Shown here piece by piece: positions 17,754 to 26,046 of a stretch of DNA of 64,000 nucleotides (position 1 is its first letter; the number at the start of each line of letters is the position of its first letter). The translations under genes were made by a program, and so were the position numbers. The notes beneath the pieces were generated by a model. The model made no database searches. It had not been told where the DNA came from and saw only the letters and a program-made list of their open reading frames with translations. The stretch is from Acutalibacteraceae bacterium (lineage in GTDB: Bacteria; Bacillota; Clostridia; Oscillospirales; Acutalibacteraceae), in assembly GCA_045604525.1 (NCBI GenBank), contig JAZUOH010000005.1:53648-117647 (forward strand), in the 5' to 3' direction.

Positions 17754-19095
17754 AAAGCAGGAAAACGGTGCTCCCATAAGCCTCAATCCCGAGCTTGTTG
17801 TCAAGGCAAGGGGCTTTTATCAGGATAATAAGTCTGTTATTATGCGTGTTGTTACCGTTCTGGTTGCGCTTTTTTTCATATTCTATATTGCGTTTCAGTT
17901 CTATGTTACCGGTATTGAAAAGGTCGATACCGTAACGGCTTACGAGCAGTCGGTCAATAACAGCATTTTCACAAAGGGATACTTTATCCGCCAGGAGCAG
18001 TATATCGAAAATTCTGCAGTCGGTACTGTTGTGCCCGTTGCTGCAGACGGTAAAAAGGTTTCAAACGGCAATACGGTTGCAATCGCATTCGGCAGTGATG
18101 AGGATGCCGCAACCTATACCCGAATCAAAACCCTGCGTGCAGAGCTTGAGTGCTATGAAAAGCTCAGCGCAATATCACCTTCGTCGGCAATTGACACCAA
18201 AACGATGGATTCAATAATCAGCTCATCTCTTTCCGAACTTATGGACGGTGTGCTTTCCGGTGAACTCGATTCACTTTCTGCAGGCTATGCGGATTTACGT
18301 GATTCGATTGTCAAAAAACAGCTTCTTCTCGGCGAGGATATAAATTTCCAGGGTATTATTGACGGCATCAAGTCTGAACTTGGACGCCTTGAGCAGAAGC
18401 AGGTTGTTTCGAGTGAGATTCTTGCCGACGGCTCCGGATACTATATAAACAACGTTGACGGATTTGAAAACGTTTACGACTATACGCAAATCAAATCAAT
18501 CACGCCCGAAAATGCATCCGCTCTTTTTGAGTGTCAGCCCAAAGAGGTTTCGGATAACGTTATGGGTAAGCTTGTAACGGGCTTTAAGTGGTATATCGTT
18601 TGTGTGCTTGATATTGAGCAGGTTTCTTCGCTCTCTGTCGGCTCTAAGGTTACTGTGGATTTCCCATATGCCGCTACAAATATGCTCAAGGCGCAGGTTG
18701 CCGCTGTCAATGTAAGCGGTGCGGATAAAGCGGCAGTCGTGCTCGAGTGTCAGGTTATGGACGAAGAGCTTGCAAATATGCGTGTTGAAGACATTGAACT
18801 TATTTTCAGCACCGTAAAGGGCTTTAAGATTCCCGTTGAAGCCGTGCGTGAGGTTGAAGGCGTAAAGGGCGTGTTTATTCTTCGTGCCAATCTCGTCAGC
18901 TTCAGAGAGATAAATATTGTTTGGTCAGATAAGGAATATGTTCTCACTGCAGACCCGCCGGTTCCCGATACATCGAAGATGACGGATGAAGAAGCTAAGG
19001 CGGCACTTGCGGCACTGCCCGAAAGTGAAATTGTTCAGTACGATGAAATTATAGTAAGGGGGAAGAATTTGTATGACGGAAAAACAATCCGTTGA
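17746..19095 (+). CDS. Membrane-anchored protein, HlyD/membrane-fusion-like (tentative)
   Basis: One N-terminal TM (VVTVLVALFFIFYIAFQFYV), a central coiled-coil-like region and beta-rich ends. The family assignment is a weak recollection. It occupies the position where hfq follows miaA in many Firmicutes. Confidence 0.4.
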   Translation: MAKKQENGAPISLNPELVVKARGFYQDNKSVIMRVVTVLVALFFIFYIAFQFYVTGIEKVDTVTAYEQSVNNSIFTKGYFIRQEQYIENSAVGTVVPVAADGKKVSNGNTVAIAFGSDEDAATYTRIKTLRAELECYEKLSAISPSSAIDTKTMDSIISSSLSELMDGVLSGELDSLSAGYADLRDSIVKKQLLLGEDINFQGIIDGIKSELGRLEQKQVVSSEILADGSGYYINNVDGFENVYDYTQIKSITPENASALFECQPKEVSDNVMGKLVTGFKWYIVCVLDIEQVSSLSVGSKVTVDFPYAATNMLKAQVAAVNVSGADKAAVVLECQVMDEELANMRVEDIELIFSTVKGFKIPVEAVREVEGVKGVFILRANLVSFREINIVWSDKEYVLTADPPVPDTSKMTDEEAKAALAALPESEIVQYDEIIVRGKNLYDGKTIR

Positions 19096-19795
19096 TGTAC
19101 AGCGCTTTGCCGATATTGAGTATAATCTCAGTGTTATACGCGAGCGCATTTCAGATGCCGCAGTTAAAAGCGGAAGAAAACCCGAAGATATAAAGCTTAT
19201 GGCGGTTACCAAAACCGTGGCACCCGAATATATAAACCACGCAATCAACTGCGGAATAGACCTTATCGGTGAAAATAAGGTGCAGGAATACCTCGGCAAA
19301 AAGCCCTTTTTACTGCCGTGCGAGGCTCACCTTATCGGACATCTTCAGACGAACAAGGTCAGACAGATTGTGGGCGAGGTTACAATGATTCAGTCTGTTG
19401 ACAGTATCAAGCTTGCAAACGAAATTGCAAAGCGCTCACTTGCCGCAGGTATAACAACCGATATTCTTGCCGAAATCAATGTAGGCGGCGAAGAAAGTAA
19501 AAGCGGAATAGCGTGGGATTCGGCAGAGGAAACACTCGTTCAGCTTGCCGAAATTGAGGGCATAAAGCTGCGTGGCTTAATGGCAATACCCCCTGTTTGC
19601 GAAAACAGTGACGAAGCCCGTATGTTTTTTTCTAAAATGAGGCGTTTGTTTGTTGACATTCGCTCTAAAAAATTAGATAATATCAGTATGGATATTCTGT
19701 CGATGGGTATGTCGTCAGATTACTGTGAAGCAATTCTTGAAGGTTCTACGCTTGTGCGAGTCGGTTCGTCGATTTTCGGCAGGCGGATTTACTGA
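19073..19795 (+). CDS. yggS: YggS-family pyridoxal-phosphate homeostasis protein (YlmE)
   Basis: LMAVTK (PLP lysine), IGENKVQE, HLIGHLQ.NK, MGMS.D. It lies directly upstream of sepF, as in dcw-distal clusters. Confidence 0.9.
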   Translation: MTEKQSVDVQRFADIEYNLSVIRERISDAAVKSGRKPEDIKLMAVTKTVAPEYINHAINCGIDLIGENKVQEYLGKKPFLLPCEAHLIGHLQTNKVRQIVGEVTMIQSVDSIKLANEIAKRSLAAGITTDILAEINVGGEESKSGIAWDSAEETLVQLAEIEGIKLRGLMAIPPVCENSDEARMFFSKMRRLFVDIRSKKLDNISMDILSMGMSSDYCEAILEGSTLVRVGSSIFGRRIY

Positions 19796-19819
19796 TGAAA
19801 ATAACGGAGGAAAGCTATA

Positions 19820-20419
19820 ATGAAATTTAAAGATTCGGTTGATAAGTATATCAGCTTCAGCGAAGGCGAATATTACGACGATGCAGACGATATGGAGTAT
19901 GGCTACGATGAAGAGGACGAGGAGGCTTTTGAGGAAGCTCCTGCAAAGAAATTACGCAGCTCAAAGGGCTTTTTCGATAATCTGCGCAGCCGTGCCTCAA
20001 GGGTAAAGCCCGGTAAAAAGTCTGAGGATTATTCCGATTATGACGAGGGTTATGATGACGACTATTATGAGGATGAGCCTCAGCCCCGTAAGAGCGGCTC
20101 GGCAAATGTAGTTGATTTCAACTCGAAATCAAGACCCGGCAGCACAAAGGTTGTTCTTGCAAAGCCCTCTATGTTCGACAGCGAAACGGCAAAGAACATT
20201 GCAAGAAACATCAATAAGCAGTGCCTTGTTCTTCTCAATTTAGAGATGATGAGCGACCCTGACGTGCGCAGAATGATTGATTTCCTCAGCGGTGTTGTTT
20301 TTGCAAATGATGGCAAAATCAACAGCATTTCACACAAGACATTTATTATTCTTCCCCACAATTACGATTTTTCGGGCGATGTTCTCGAAAACCTTAAAAA
20401 CGGATATTACAGCATCTAA
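19820..20419 (+). CDS. sepF: Cell division protein SepF (acidic N-terminal linker)
   Basis: The C-terminal ~90 aa (VVLAKPSMFDSETAKNIARNINKQCLVLLNLE...MIDFLSGVVFANDGKINSISHKTFIILP) matches the SepF core. Synteny with yggS and divIVA supports the call. Confidence 0.85.
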   Translation: MKFKDSVDKYISFSEGEYYDDADDMEYGYDEEDEEAFEEAPAKKLRSSKGFFDNLRSRASRVKPGKKSEDYSDYDEGYDDDYYEDEPQPRKSGSANVVDFNSKSRPGSTKVVLAKPSMFDSETAKNIARNINKQCLVLLNLEMMSDPDVRRMIDFLSGVVFANDGKINSISHKTFIILPHNYDFSGDVLENLKNGYYSI

Positions 20420-20450
20420 CATAAATCAATCTCTTTAGGAGGATAAAAAC

Positions 20451-21770
20451 ATGACACCTGCAGAAATCAGAGCTCACAATTTCCCTTCAGCCGGCAGAGG
20501 CGCATACCGTTCAATTGACGTTGACGAGTTTATCGGCGAGGTAGCAACGGCAATCGAAGGCATCAACCAGGAAAAAAGCGAATACATAAGAAGAATAGCT
20601 GCTCTTACCGAAAAGGTAGAGGCTTATCAGAAGGAAGAAAACAATATCAGTGCGGCACTTCTTACTGCACAGAAAATGTCTGCTTCAATAACAGCAGAGG
20701 CAGAAACAGCCGCAAAAGAAAAGATTGAATCCGCTGAAGCACAGGCACAGGCAACTCTTGCAGATGCACAGGCAAAATCCTCCGCAATGCTTGCCGAGGC
20801 TGAAACAACAGCCAAAGAGGCTGTTGAAACAGCTACCGCTCAGGCAGAGGTTACTCTTGCAGATGCTGAATCTATAGCATCTGAGCAGCTTGCATCGGCA
20901 GATGCCGTATCACGTGATAAGATGCTCAAGGCAGACAGCTACTATAACGAAAAGGTTGCTGCGGCAGACAAAAAGGCCGCAGAGCTTGTTGCCGCTGCTC
21001 AGCAGCGTGTGGCAGAAATTAACGCTCAGCTTGAAATTGAAAAGGCAGAGCAGAATAAGCTTCTTGAACTGCTCAAGGTTGAGGCGGACGAGTTCCGTTC
21101 AAGCCTTCTCGTTTCTTATGCAGAGCACATTGAAAAGATTAAAATGCTCCCCGAGCTTGCCGCTGAGGAGGTTGCCGCTATGTCGGCTGTAACAGCTCCT
21201 GCCGCAGTTGAAGAGCCCGTGGCTGAAGAGTTTGAGGCTGTCGAGGAAGCTGAAAATGCAGAGCTCGAAACAGAAGAATATGAATCCGTCGAAGAGTTCG
21301 AAGACGAAGAAGAGTTTGAGGACGAGGAAGAACTCGAAGACGAGGAAGAACTCGAGGACGAAGAAGAACTTGAGGACGAGGAAGAGCTTGAGAACGAAGA
21401 AGAGCTCGAGGACGAGGAAGAACTCGACGACGAGGAAGATGACGAAGACGACGAAGACGAGGAAGATGACGAAGACGACGAAGACGACGAAGACGACGAA
21501 GATGACGAAGATGACGAAGATGACGAAGACGATGATGACGATGATGAAGATGATGACGACGATGATGATCTGATGGGCTTCAGCTTTGCTGAAGAGCTTG
21601 CAGACGGCGAAGAATTTGCCGATTTCAACATCGAAGGCTTTGAGTCAATCGAATCCGGCAACGTATCCAAAAACGGCACGGTTTACGAGGTTGTTGATGA
21701 TATCGATGAGGATGAGGACGACGAGGATGATGCAGAGTCCTTTTTCAGAGGCTTCTTTAAGAAAAAATAA
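20451..21770 (+). CDS. divIVA: DivIVA-domain protein with a very long poly-acidic C-terminal region
   Basis: The N-terminus MTPAEIRAHNFPSAGRGAYRSIDVDEFIGEV is the DivIVA lipid-binding/crossed-loop motif (F....RGY....VD.F), followed by an alanine-rich coiled coil. Confidence 0.85.
   Translation: MTPAEIRAHNFPSAGRGAYRSIDVDEFIGEVATAIEGINQEKSEYIRRIAALTEKVEAYQKEENNISAALLTAQKMSASITAEAETAAKEKIESAEAQAQATLADAQAKSSAMLAEAETTAKEAVETATAQAEVTLADAESIASEQLASADAVSRDKMLKADSYYNEKVAAADKKAAELVAAAQQRVAEINAQLEIEKAEQNKLLELLKVEADEFRSSLLVSYAEHIEKIKMLPELAAEEVAAMSAVTAPAAVEEPVAEEFEAVEEAENAELETEEYESVEEFEDEEEFEDEEELEDEEELEDEEELEDEEELENEEELEDEEELDDEEDDEDDEDEEDDEDDEDDEDDEDDEDDEDDEDDDDDDEDDDDDDDLMGFSFAEELADGEEFADFNIEGFESIESGNVSKNGTVYEVVDDIDEDEDDEDDAESFFRGFFKKK
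21289..21569 (+). repeat. In-frame tandem repeats encoding an uninterrupted E/D tract
   Basis: An 18-nt unit (GAGGACGAGGAAGAACTC-like, EDEEEL) is repeated about six times, then 9-nt GACGAAGAC/GATGACGAA units (DED/DDE), ending in a D run. Read directly from the sequence. Confidence 0.85.
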
Positions 21771-21783
21771 CGGAGGAAAATAA

Positions 21784-22272
21784 ATGTCGCCTGTTATATG
21801 TTGCGCTTTTGTCGCACTTATCGCTGTGGCAGACCGGTTGATAAAACAGTTTGTGCTTGCTTCGCCGCTTGCTGACGGTGAGGTTATGACGGTAATCAGC
21901 AATTTTCTGCAGTTTCGATATGTTGAGAATACGGGGGCTGCCTTCAGCCTTTTTACAGGCAAAACCGATATACTGTCTGTTTTCTCCGCACTTGTTCTGA
22001 TTGCTGGTGTTGCTGTGCTGTTCAGCCGCAAAATCAAGTCTAAGCTGCTGCTTGCAAGCGTTGTTATGTTAATGGGCGGCGGCCTCGGTAATCTTATTGA
22101 CAGAGTTACGCTTCATTTTGTTGTTGATTATATCGAGGTGCTGTTTATCGATTTTCCCGTGTTCAATTTTGCCGATTGTTTTATTACCGTCGGTGCTTTT
22201 ATGATGATTGGCTATCTTATATGGGATATTTATTGCGATTACAAAAAAGGTAAGGTAAAGAGTGATGAGTGA
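21784..22272 (+). CDS. lspA: Lipoprotein signal peptidase II
   Basis: NTGAAFS, GGGLGNLIDR and VVDYI...FPVFNFAD motifs. lspA-rluD synteny supports the call. Confidence 0.9.
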   Translation: MSPVICCAFVALIAVADRLIKQFVLASPLADGEVMTVISNFLQFRYVENTGAAFSLFTGKTDILSVFSALVLIAGVAVLFSRKIKSKLLLASVVMLMGGGLGNLIDRVTLHFVVDYIEVLFIDFPVFNFADCFITVGAFMMIGYLIWDIYCDYKKGKVKSDE

Positions 22273-23185
22273 TAAGCGTGTTCTTTGCTTTACCGTAGAA
22301 GCGGCGGATGAGGGCGAGCGGCTTGACAAGTTGATATGCACTTTTGCTCCCGAGCTTTCACGCAGCTTTGTTCAGAAGGTTTTTGATGACGGCGGTGTTA
22401 CCGTAAACGGAAAGGCGAGGAAGAAAAGTTATCCTGTAGCGCAGGGCGATGAAGTGCTCGTGCTTGCGCCGGAGCTCAAGGAGCTAGAGGCACAGCCGCA
22501 GGATATTCCGCTTGATATACGCTATGAGGATGAAAGCCTGCTCGTTGTCAATAAGCCCAGAGGTATGGTTGTTCATCCCGCACCCGGCAATCCCGACGGC
22601 ACGCTTGTAAATGCACTGCTTCACCACTGTGCGGGCAGTCTGTCGGGCATCAACGGTGTTATACGTCCCGGTATAGTCCACCGTATAGATAAGAATACCA
22701 GCGGACTTCTTATTGTCGCTAAAACCGATGAAGCTCACGTGAGCCTTGCTTCACAGATTCAGGCGCACAGCTTCACACGTGAATACCGTGCTGTTGTTCA
22801 CGGTAATTTCAAGGAGCTTTCCGGCACGGTGGATGCACCTATAGGACGCAACCCGAACGACCGTAAAAAGATGTGTGTCACATCCGTTCATTCGCGTAAT
22901 GCCGTCACACATTACGAGGTGCTCGAGACCTATAAAGGCTTTTCTTATATAAGAGTAAGGCTTGAAACAGGCAGAACTCATCAGATAAGAGTTCATATGG
23001 CTCATATCGGCCATCCCGTTGCAGGTGACGATATCTACGGCCCCAAAAACGGTGTTTCAATGGGCGGTCAATGTCTGCACGCAGGGCTTATCGGGTTTGA
23101 ACATCCCAAAGATTCACACTATGTTGAAATTGAGGCAGAGTTGCCCGATTATTTCACACAGTTTCTTAAAAAGCTTAAAAGTTAA
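22265..23185 (+). CDS. rluD: 23S rRNA pseudouridine synthase, RluD family
   Basis: S4 domain at the N-terminus, catalytic HRIDKNTSGLL, and TGRTHQIRVH. The ATG at 22265 is preferred over the GTG at 22262. Confidence 0.9.
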   Translation: MSDKRVLCFTVEAADEGERLDKLICTFAPELSRSFVQKVFDDGGVTVNGKARKKSYPVAQGDEVLVLAPELKELEAQPQDIPLDIRYEDESLLVVNKPRGMVVHPAPGNPDGTLVNALLHHCAGSLSGINGVIRPGIVHRIDKNTSGLLIVAKTDEAHVSLASQIQAHSFTREYRAVVHGNFKELSGTVDAPIGRNPNDRKKMCVTSVHSRNAVTHYEVLETYKGFSYIRVRLETGRTHQIRVHMAHIGHPVAGDDIYGPKNGVSMGGQCLHAGLIGFEHPKDSHYVEIEAELPDYFTQFLKKLKS

Positions 23186-23239
23186 GTAAATTATTTATGG
23201 TTATAATATAAATAAAATAATGTTTCGGAGGTGACTGTT

Positions 23240-24085
23240 TTGGACGCAGCAGCGAAAAAGCAGTTAAAAATCAAAGCAAACAAGGTAAGACACGGTATTA
23301 TTGAGGGAGTTTACAATGCAAAGTCCGGTCATCCGGGCGGCTCTCTTTCAGTAGCCGATATTATGACATATCTCTATTTTTCAGAGATGAATGTTGACCC
23401 CAAAAATCCCAAGTGGGAGGGTCGTGACCGTCTTGTTCTTTCAAAGGGTCACACGGCACCCGCTCTTTATGCGGCACTTGCTCTCAAAGGATTCTTCCCG
23501 TTTGAAGACCTTAAAACACTCCGTAAGCCCGGCTCTATGCTTCAGGGTCACCCCAGCATGAAGCTTACACCCGGTGTCGATATGAGCACAGGCTCACTCG
23601 GCCAGGGCATCTCTGCCGCTTGCGGTATGGCACTCGGTGCAAAGCTCAGCGGAGCGGATTTCAGAGTTTACGCAGTCCTTGGTGACGGTGAAATCCAGGA
23701 AGGCCAGGTATGGGAGGCAGCAATGTATGCTTCCGCTAAAGGCCTTGACAATCTTGTAGCAGTTATTGATAATAACAATCTTCAGATTGTCGGTACTGTT
23801 TCACACGTCAACTCACCTTATCCGATTCCTGAAAAGTTCAAGTCCTTCGGCTGGAACGTAATCGAAATCTGCGGCGACAATTTTGATGAGATTGATGCCG
23901 CGTTCAATGCCGCAAGAAGCTTTGTCGGCAAGCCCACAGCTATTATTGCCAAGACAACGAAGGGCAAGGGCGTTTCATTTATGGAAGACAACTGCGACTG
24001 GCACGGTACAGCTCCCAATCAGGAGCAGTATGAGGCAGCACTTGCAGAGCTCGATGAGGAGCTTGCAAAGCTTGAGCAGATGTAA
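23240..24085 (+). CDS. Transketolase, N-terminal (ThDP-binding) subunit
   Basis: SGHPGGSLS and GDGE..EG..WEA motifs. The TTG at 23240 sits 8 nt after GGAGG, whereas the tabulated GTG at 23231 overlaps that RBS. Confidence 0.9.
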   Translation: MDAAAKKQLKIKANKVRHGIIEGVYNAKSGHPGGSLSVADIMTYLYFSEMNVDPKNPKWEGRDRLVLSKGHTAPALYAALALKGFFPFEDLKTLRKPGSMLQGHPSMKLTPGVDMSTGSLGQGISAACGMALGAKLSGADFRVYAVLGDGEIQEGQVWEAAMYASAKGLDNLVAVIDNNNLQIVGTVSHVNSPYPIPEKFKSFGWNVIEICGDNFDEIDAAFNAARSFVGKPTAIIAKTTKGKGVSFMEDNCDWHGTAPNQEQYEAALAELDEELAKLEQM

Positions 24086-24144
24086 TAGTTTCTTATTTAT
24101 AAAGAAAGGTAATGGCACATATATTCGTGCTGTGTGGTGATATT

Positions 24145-25092
24145 ATGGCAGATGTAATTAAAACAGCAACACGTGATGCTTACGGTAAAGCACTCGTTGA
24201 GCTCGGTCAGAAAAATGATAAGGTTATTGTTCTTGATGCTGACCTTGCAAAGGCAACCAAGACAATCGCTTTCAAAAAGGAATTCCCCGAAAGATTCTTT
24301 GATACAGGTATTGCAGAATGCAATATGATGGGTGTTGCGGCCGGTCTTGCAACAACAGGCTACACTGTTTTTGCAAGCTCCTTTGCAATGTTTGCCGCAG
24401 GCAGAGCCTTTGAGCAGATAAGAAACTCAATCGGTTACACACATCTCAACGTTAAAATCGGTGCAACTCACGCAGGTATCTCCGTCGGCGAAGACGGTGC
24501 AAGCCATCAGTGCTGTGAGGATATTGCACTTATGCGCTCAATTCCCGGTATGGTTGTTATTAACCCTGCAGACGATGTTGAGGCAAGGCTTGCAGTGCTT
24601 GCCGCCGCAGAAATCGACGGACCTGTTTACCTTCGTTTCGGCAGGCTTGCAACTCCCAGACTTTTTGATGAAAATTACAAGTTCGAAATCGGTAAGGGTG
24701 TTGAGCTTAAGGCAGGCACAGATGTAACAATCATCGCAACAGGCCTTATGGTAAACGAGGCTCTTATTGCTGCTGACACTCTCGCCGCAGAGGGTATCAA
24801 TGCAAGAGTCATCAATATGGCAACAATCAAGCCTATTGACAGAGATATTATCGTCAAGGCCGCAAAAGAGACAGGCGTTATCGTCACTGCAGAGGAGCAC
24901 AGCGTTATCGGCGGCCTCGGCTCGGCAGTAGCAGACGTTGTCTGCGAAGAGTGTCCCGTGCCCGTAATTAAGGTCGGTGTAGAGGATGAATACGGTGCAT
25001 CAGGCCCCGCTGTTGAAATGCTCAAGCTTTACGGCCTTACTGCAGACGGTATTGTTGCCAAGGTCAAGCAGGCAGTTGCTCTCAAGAAATAA
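24145..25092 (+). CDS. Transketolase, C-terminal (pyrimidine-binding) subunit
   Basis: TRDAYG..L, GIAE.NM.G.AAGLA and EDG.SHQ motifs. The start is moved to MADVIK (ATG 24145). Confidence 0.9.
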   Translation: MADVIKTATRDAYGKALVELGQKNDKVIVLDADLAKATKTIAFKKEFPERFFDTGIAECNMMGVAAGLATTGYTVFASSFAMFAAGRAFEQIRNSIGYTHLNVKIGATHAGISVGEDGASHQCCEDIALMRSIPGMVVINPADDVEARLAVLAAAEIDGPVYLRFGRLATPRLFDENYKFEIGKGVELKAGTDVTIIATGLMVNEALIAADTLAAEGINARVINMATIKPIDRDIIVKAAKETGVIVTAEEHSVIGGLGSAVADVVCEECPVPVIKVGVEDEYGASGPAVEMLKLYGLTADGIVAKVKQAVALKK

Positions 25093-25120
25093 GTAATTAC
25101 TCAACAGGAGATAGGTTCAC

Positions 25121-25393
25121 ATGGGTGAAGAAAGGCAGTTTAAAAAATCGGCCTTGGGCGGCTTCAACCGCAAGGACGTAATCGAATATATCGAACAGCT
25201 TATGAAAGAGCTTGAAGATGTGCGTGCGCAGCTTAAGCGCCGTGATGAGCGTATTGACGACCTTGAGCGTAAGCTTGAGCAGTACGAGCAGGCCTGCGCA
25301 ACTACCGCTGCGGAAGATACTTCTGATGAAACGGTTGATGCGGTTGCTCAGCTTGATGCCATTCTTGCCAAATATCTGGGCAAGGGGGAATAA
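25121..25393 (+). CDS. Small DivIVA/GpsB-like coiled-coil protein (tentative)
   Basis: FKKSALGGFNRKDVIEYIEQL resembles the DivIVA N-terminal motif and is followed by heptad-like charged repeats. RBS AGGAGA. 90 aa. Confidence 0.45.
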   Translation: MGEERQFKKSALGGFNRKDVIEYIEQLMKELEDVRAQLKRRDERIDDLERKLEQYEQACATTAAEDTSDETVDAVAQLDAILAKYLGKGE

Positions 25394-25395
25394 TC

Positions 25396-25923
25396 GTGGC
25401 AGAGTTTGTGCTCAGTTCATCTCAGCTTCGTGAGTATTCCGAAAAGCTCAGCTGCGGTGACAGGGTTTTGCTCAGCGGCACTGTTTACACTGCACGTGAT
25501 GCCGCTCATAAGCGCATTGTAACGCTTATGAAAAAGAGCGAAAAGCTTCCGTTTGAGCTTAGCGGTGCATCGGTTTATTATGCCGGTCCGACTCCTGCAC
25601 CCAAGGGACTCCCTATAGGCAGCTGCGGCCCTACCACTTCATCACGTATGGACCCCTATGCTCCGCTTCTTCTCGATAACGGCCTTGTTTGTATGATAGG
25701 CAAGGGCCCGCGTAGCGGTGAGGTTGTTGATGCCATTGTGCGTAATAAAGCGGTTTATTTGTGTGCAACAGGCGGTGCAGGCGCACTTGCTGCAAAATGC
25801 ATCACCTCGTGCGAGGTTATTGCCTTTGAAGACCTCGGTTGTGAGAGTGTAAAACGTCTCGAGTTTAATAATTTTCCGCTTATTGTTGCAATTGACAGTA
25901 AGGGAAACAGCCTGTTTAAATAA
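25396..25923 (+). CDS. Fe-S hydro-lyase beta subunit (class I fumarate hydratase / tartrate dehydratase C-terminal domain family)
   Basis: GD.V.LSGTVYTARDAAHKR...YYAGPTP...GSCGPTTS.RMD...IGKG is the FumA C-terminal/TtdB signature. The GTG start is 2 nt after the upstream stop. Confidence 0.8.
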   Translation: MAEFVLSSSQLREYSEKLSCGDRVLLSGTVYTARDAAHKRIVTLMKKSEKLPFELSGASVYYAGPTPAPKGLPIGSCGPTTSSRMDPYAPLLLDNGLVCMIGKGPRSGEVVDAIVRNKAVYLCATGGAGALAAKCITSCEVIAFEDLGCESVKRLEFNNFPLIVAIDSKGNSLFK

Positions 25924-25934
25924 GTGATTTTGTT

Positions 25935-25972
25935 AAAAGAACTCTTATCCTTTGATAAGGGTTCTTTTTTTG
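25935..25972 (+). terminator. Intrinsic terminator
   Basis: AAAAGAACTCTTATC-CTTT-GATAAGGGTTCTTTT, one mismatch, followed by a T run. Confidence 0.6.
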
Positions 25973-26001
25973 TTATAAATCGGACAGGATGTGAATACAT
26001 T
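25973..26001 (+). promoter_or_regulatory. Candidate sigma-E-type (mother-cell) promoter upstream of sipL-like/spoIVA
   Basis: TTATAAA (25973-25979), a 14-bp spacer, then AATACATT (25994-26001). The remembered B. subtilis sigma-E consensus is kmATAww - 14 bp - CATACAhT. The match is by eye only. Confidence 0.3.
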
Positions 26002-26046
26002 TAGAGTAAACAAATTATGATTTATTCTGAAGGTGAGGTAAAACAA

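Noticed and set aside
21289-21569. CRISPR-like periodicity
   Set aside because: The repeats are 9-18 nt, contiguous, in frame and without spacers. This is a coding low-complexity tract, not a CRISPR array. No cas genes are present.
21116-21679. 187-aa poly-serine ORF on the minus strand
   Set aside because: It is the antisense reading of the GAA/GAC/GAT repeat tract encoding the DivIVA acidic tail. It is a frame artefact of the repeat.
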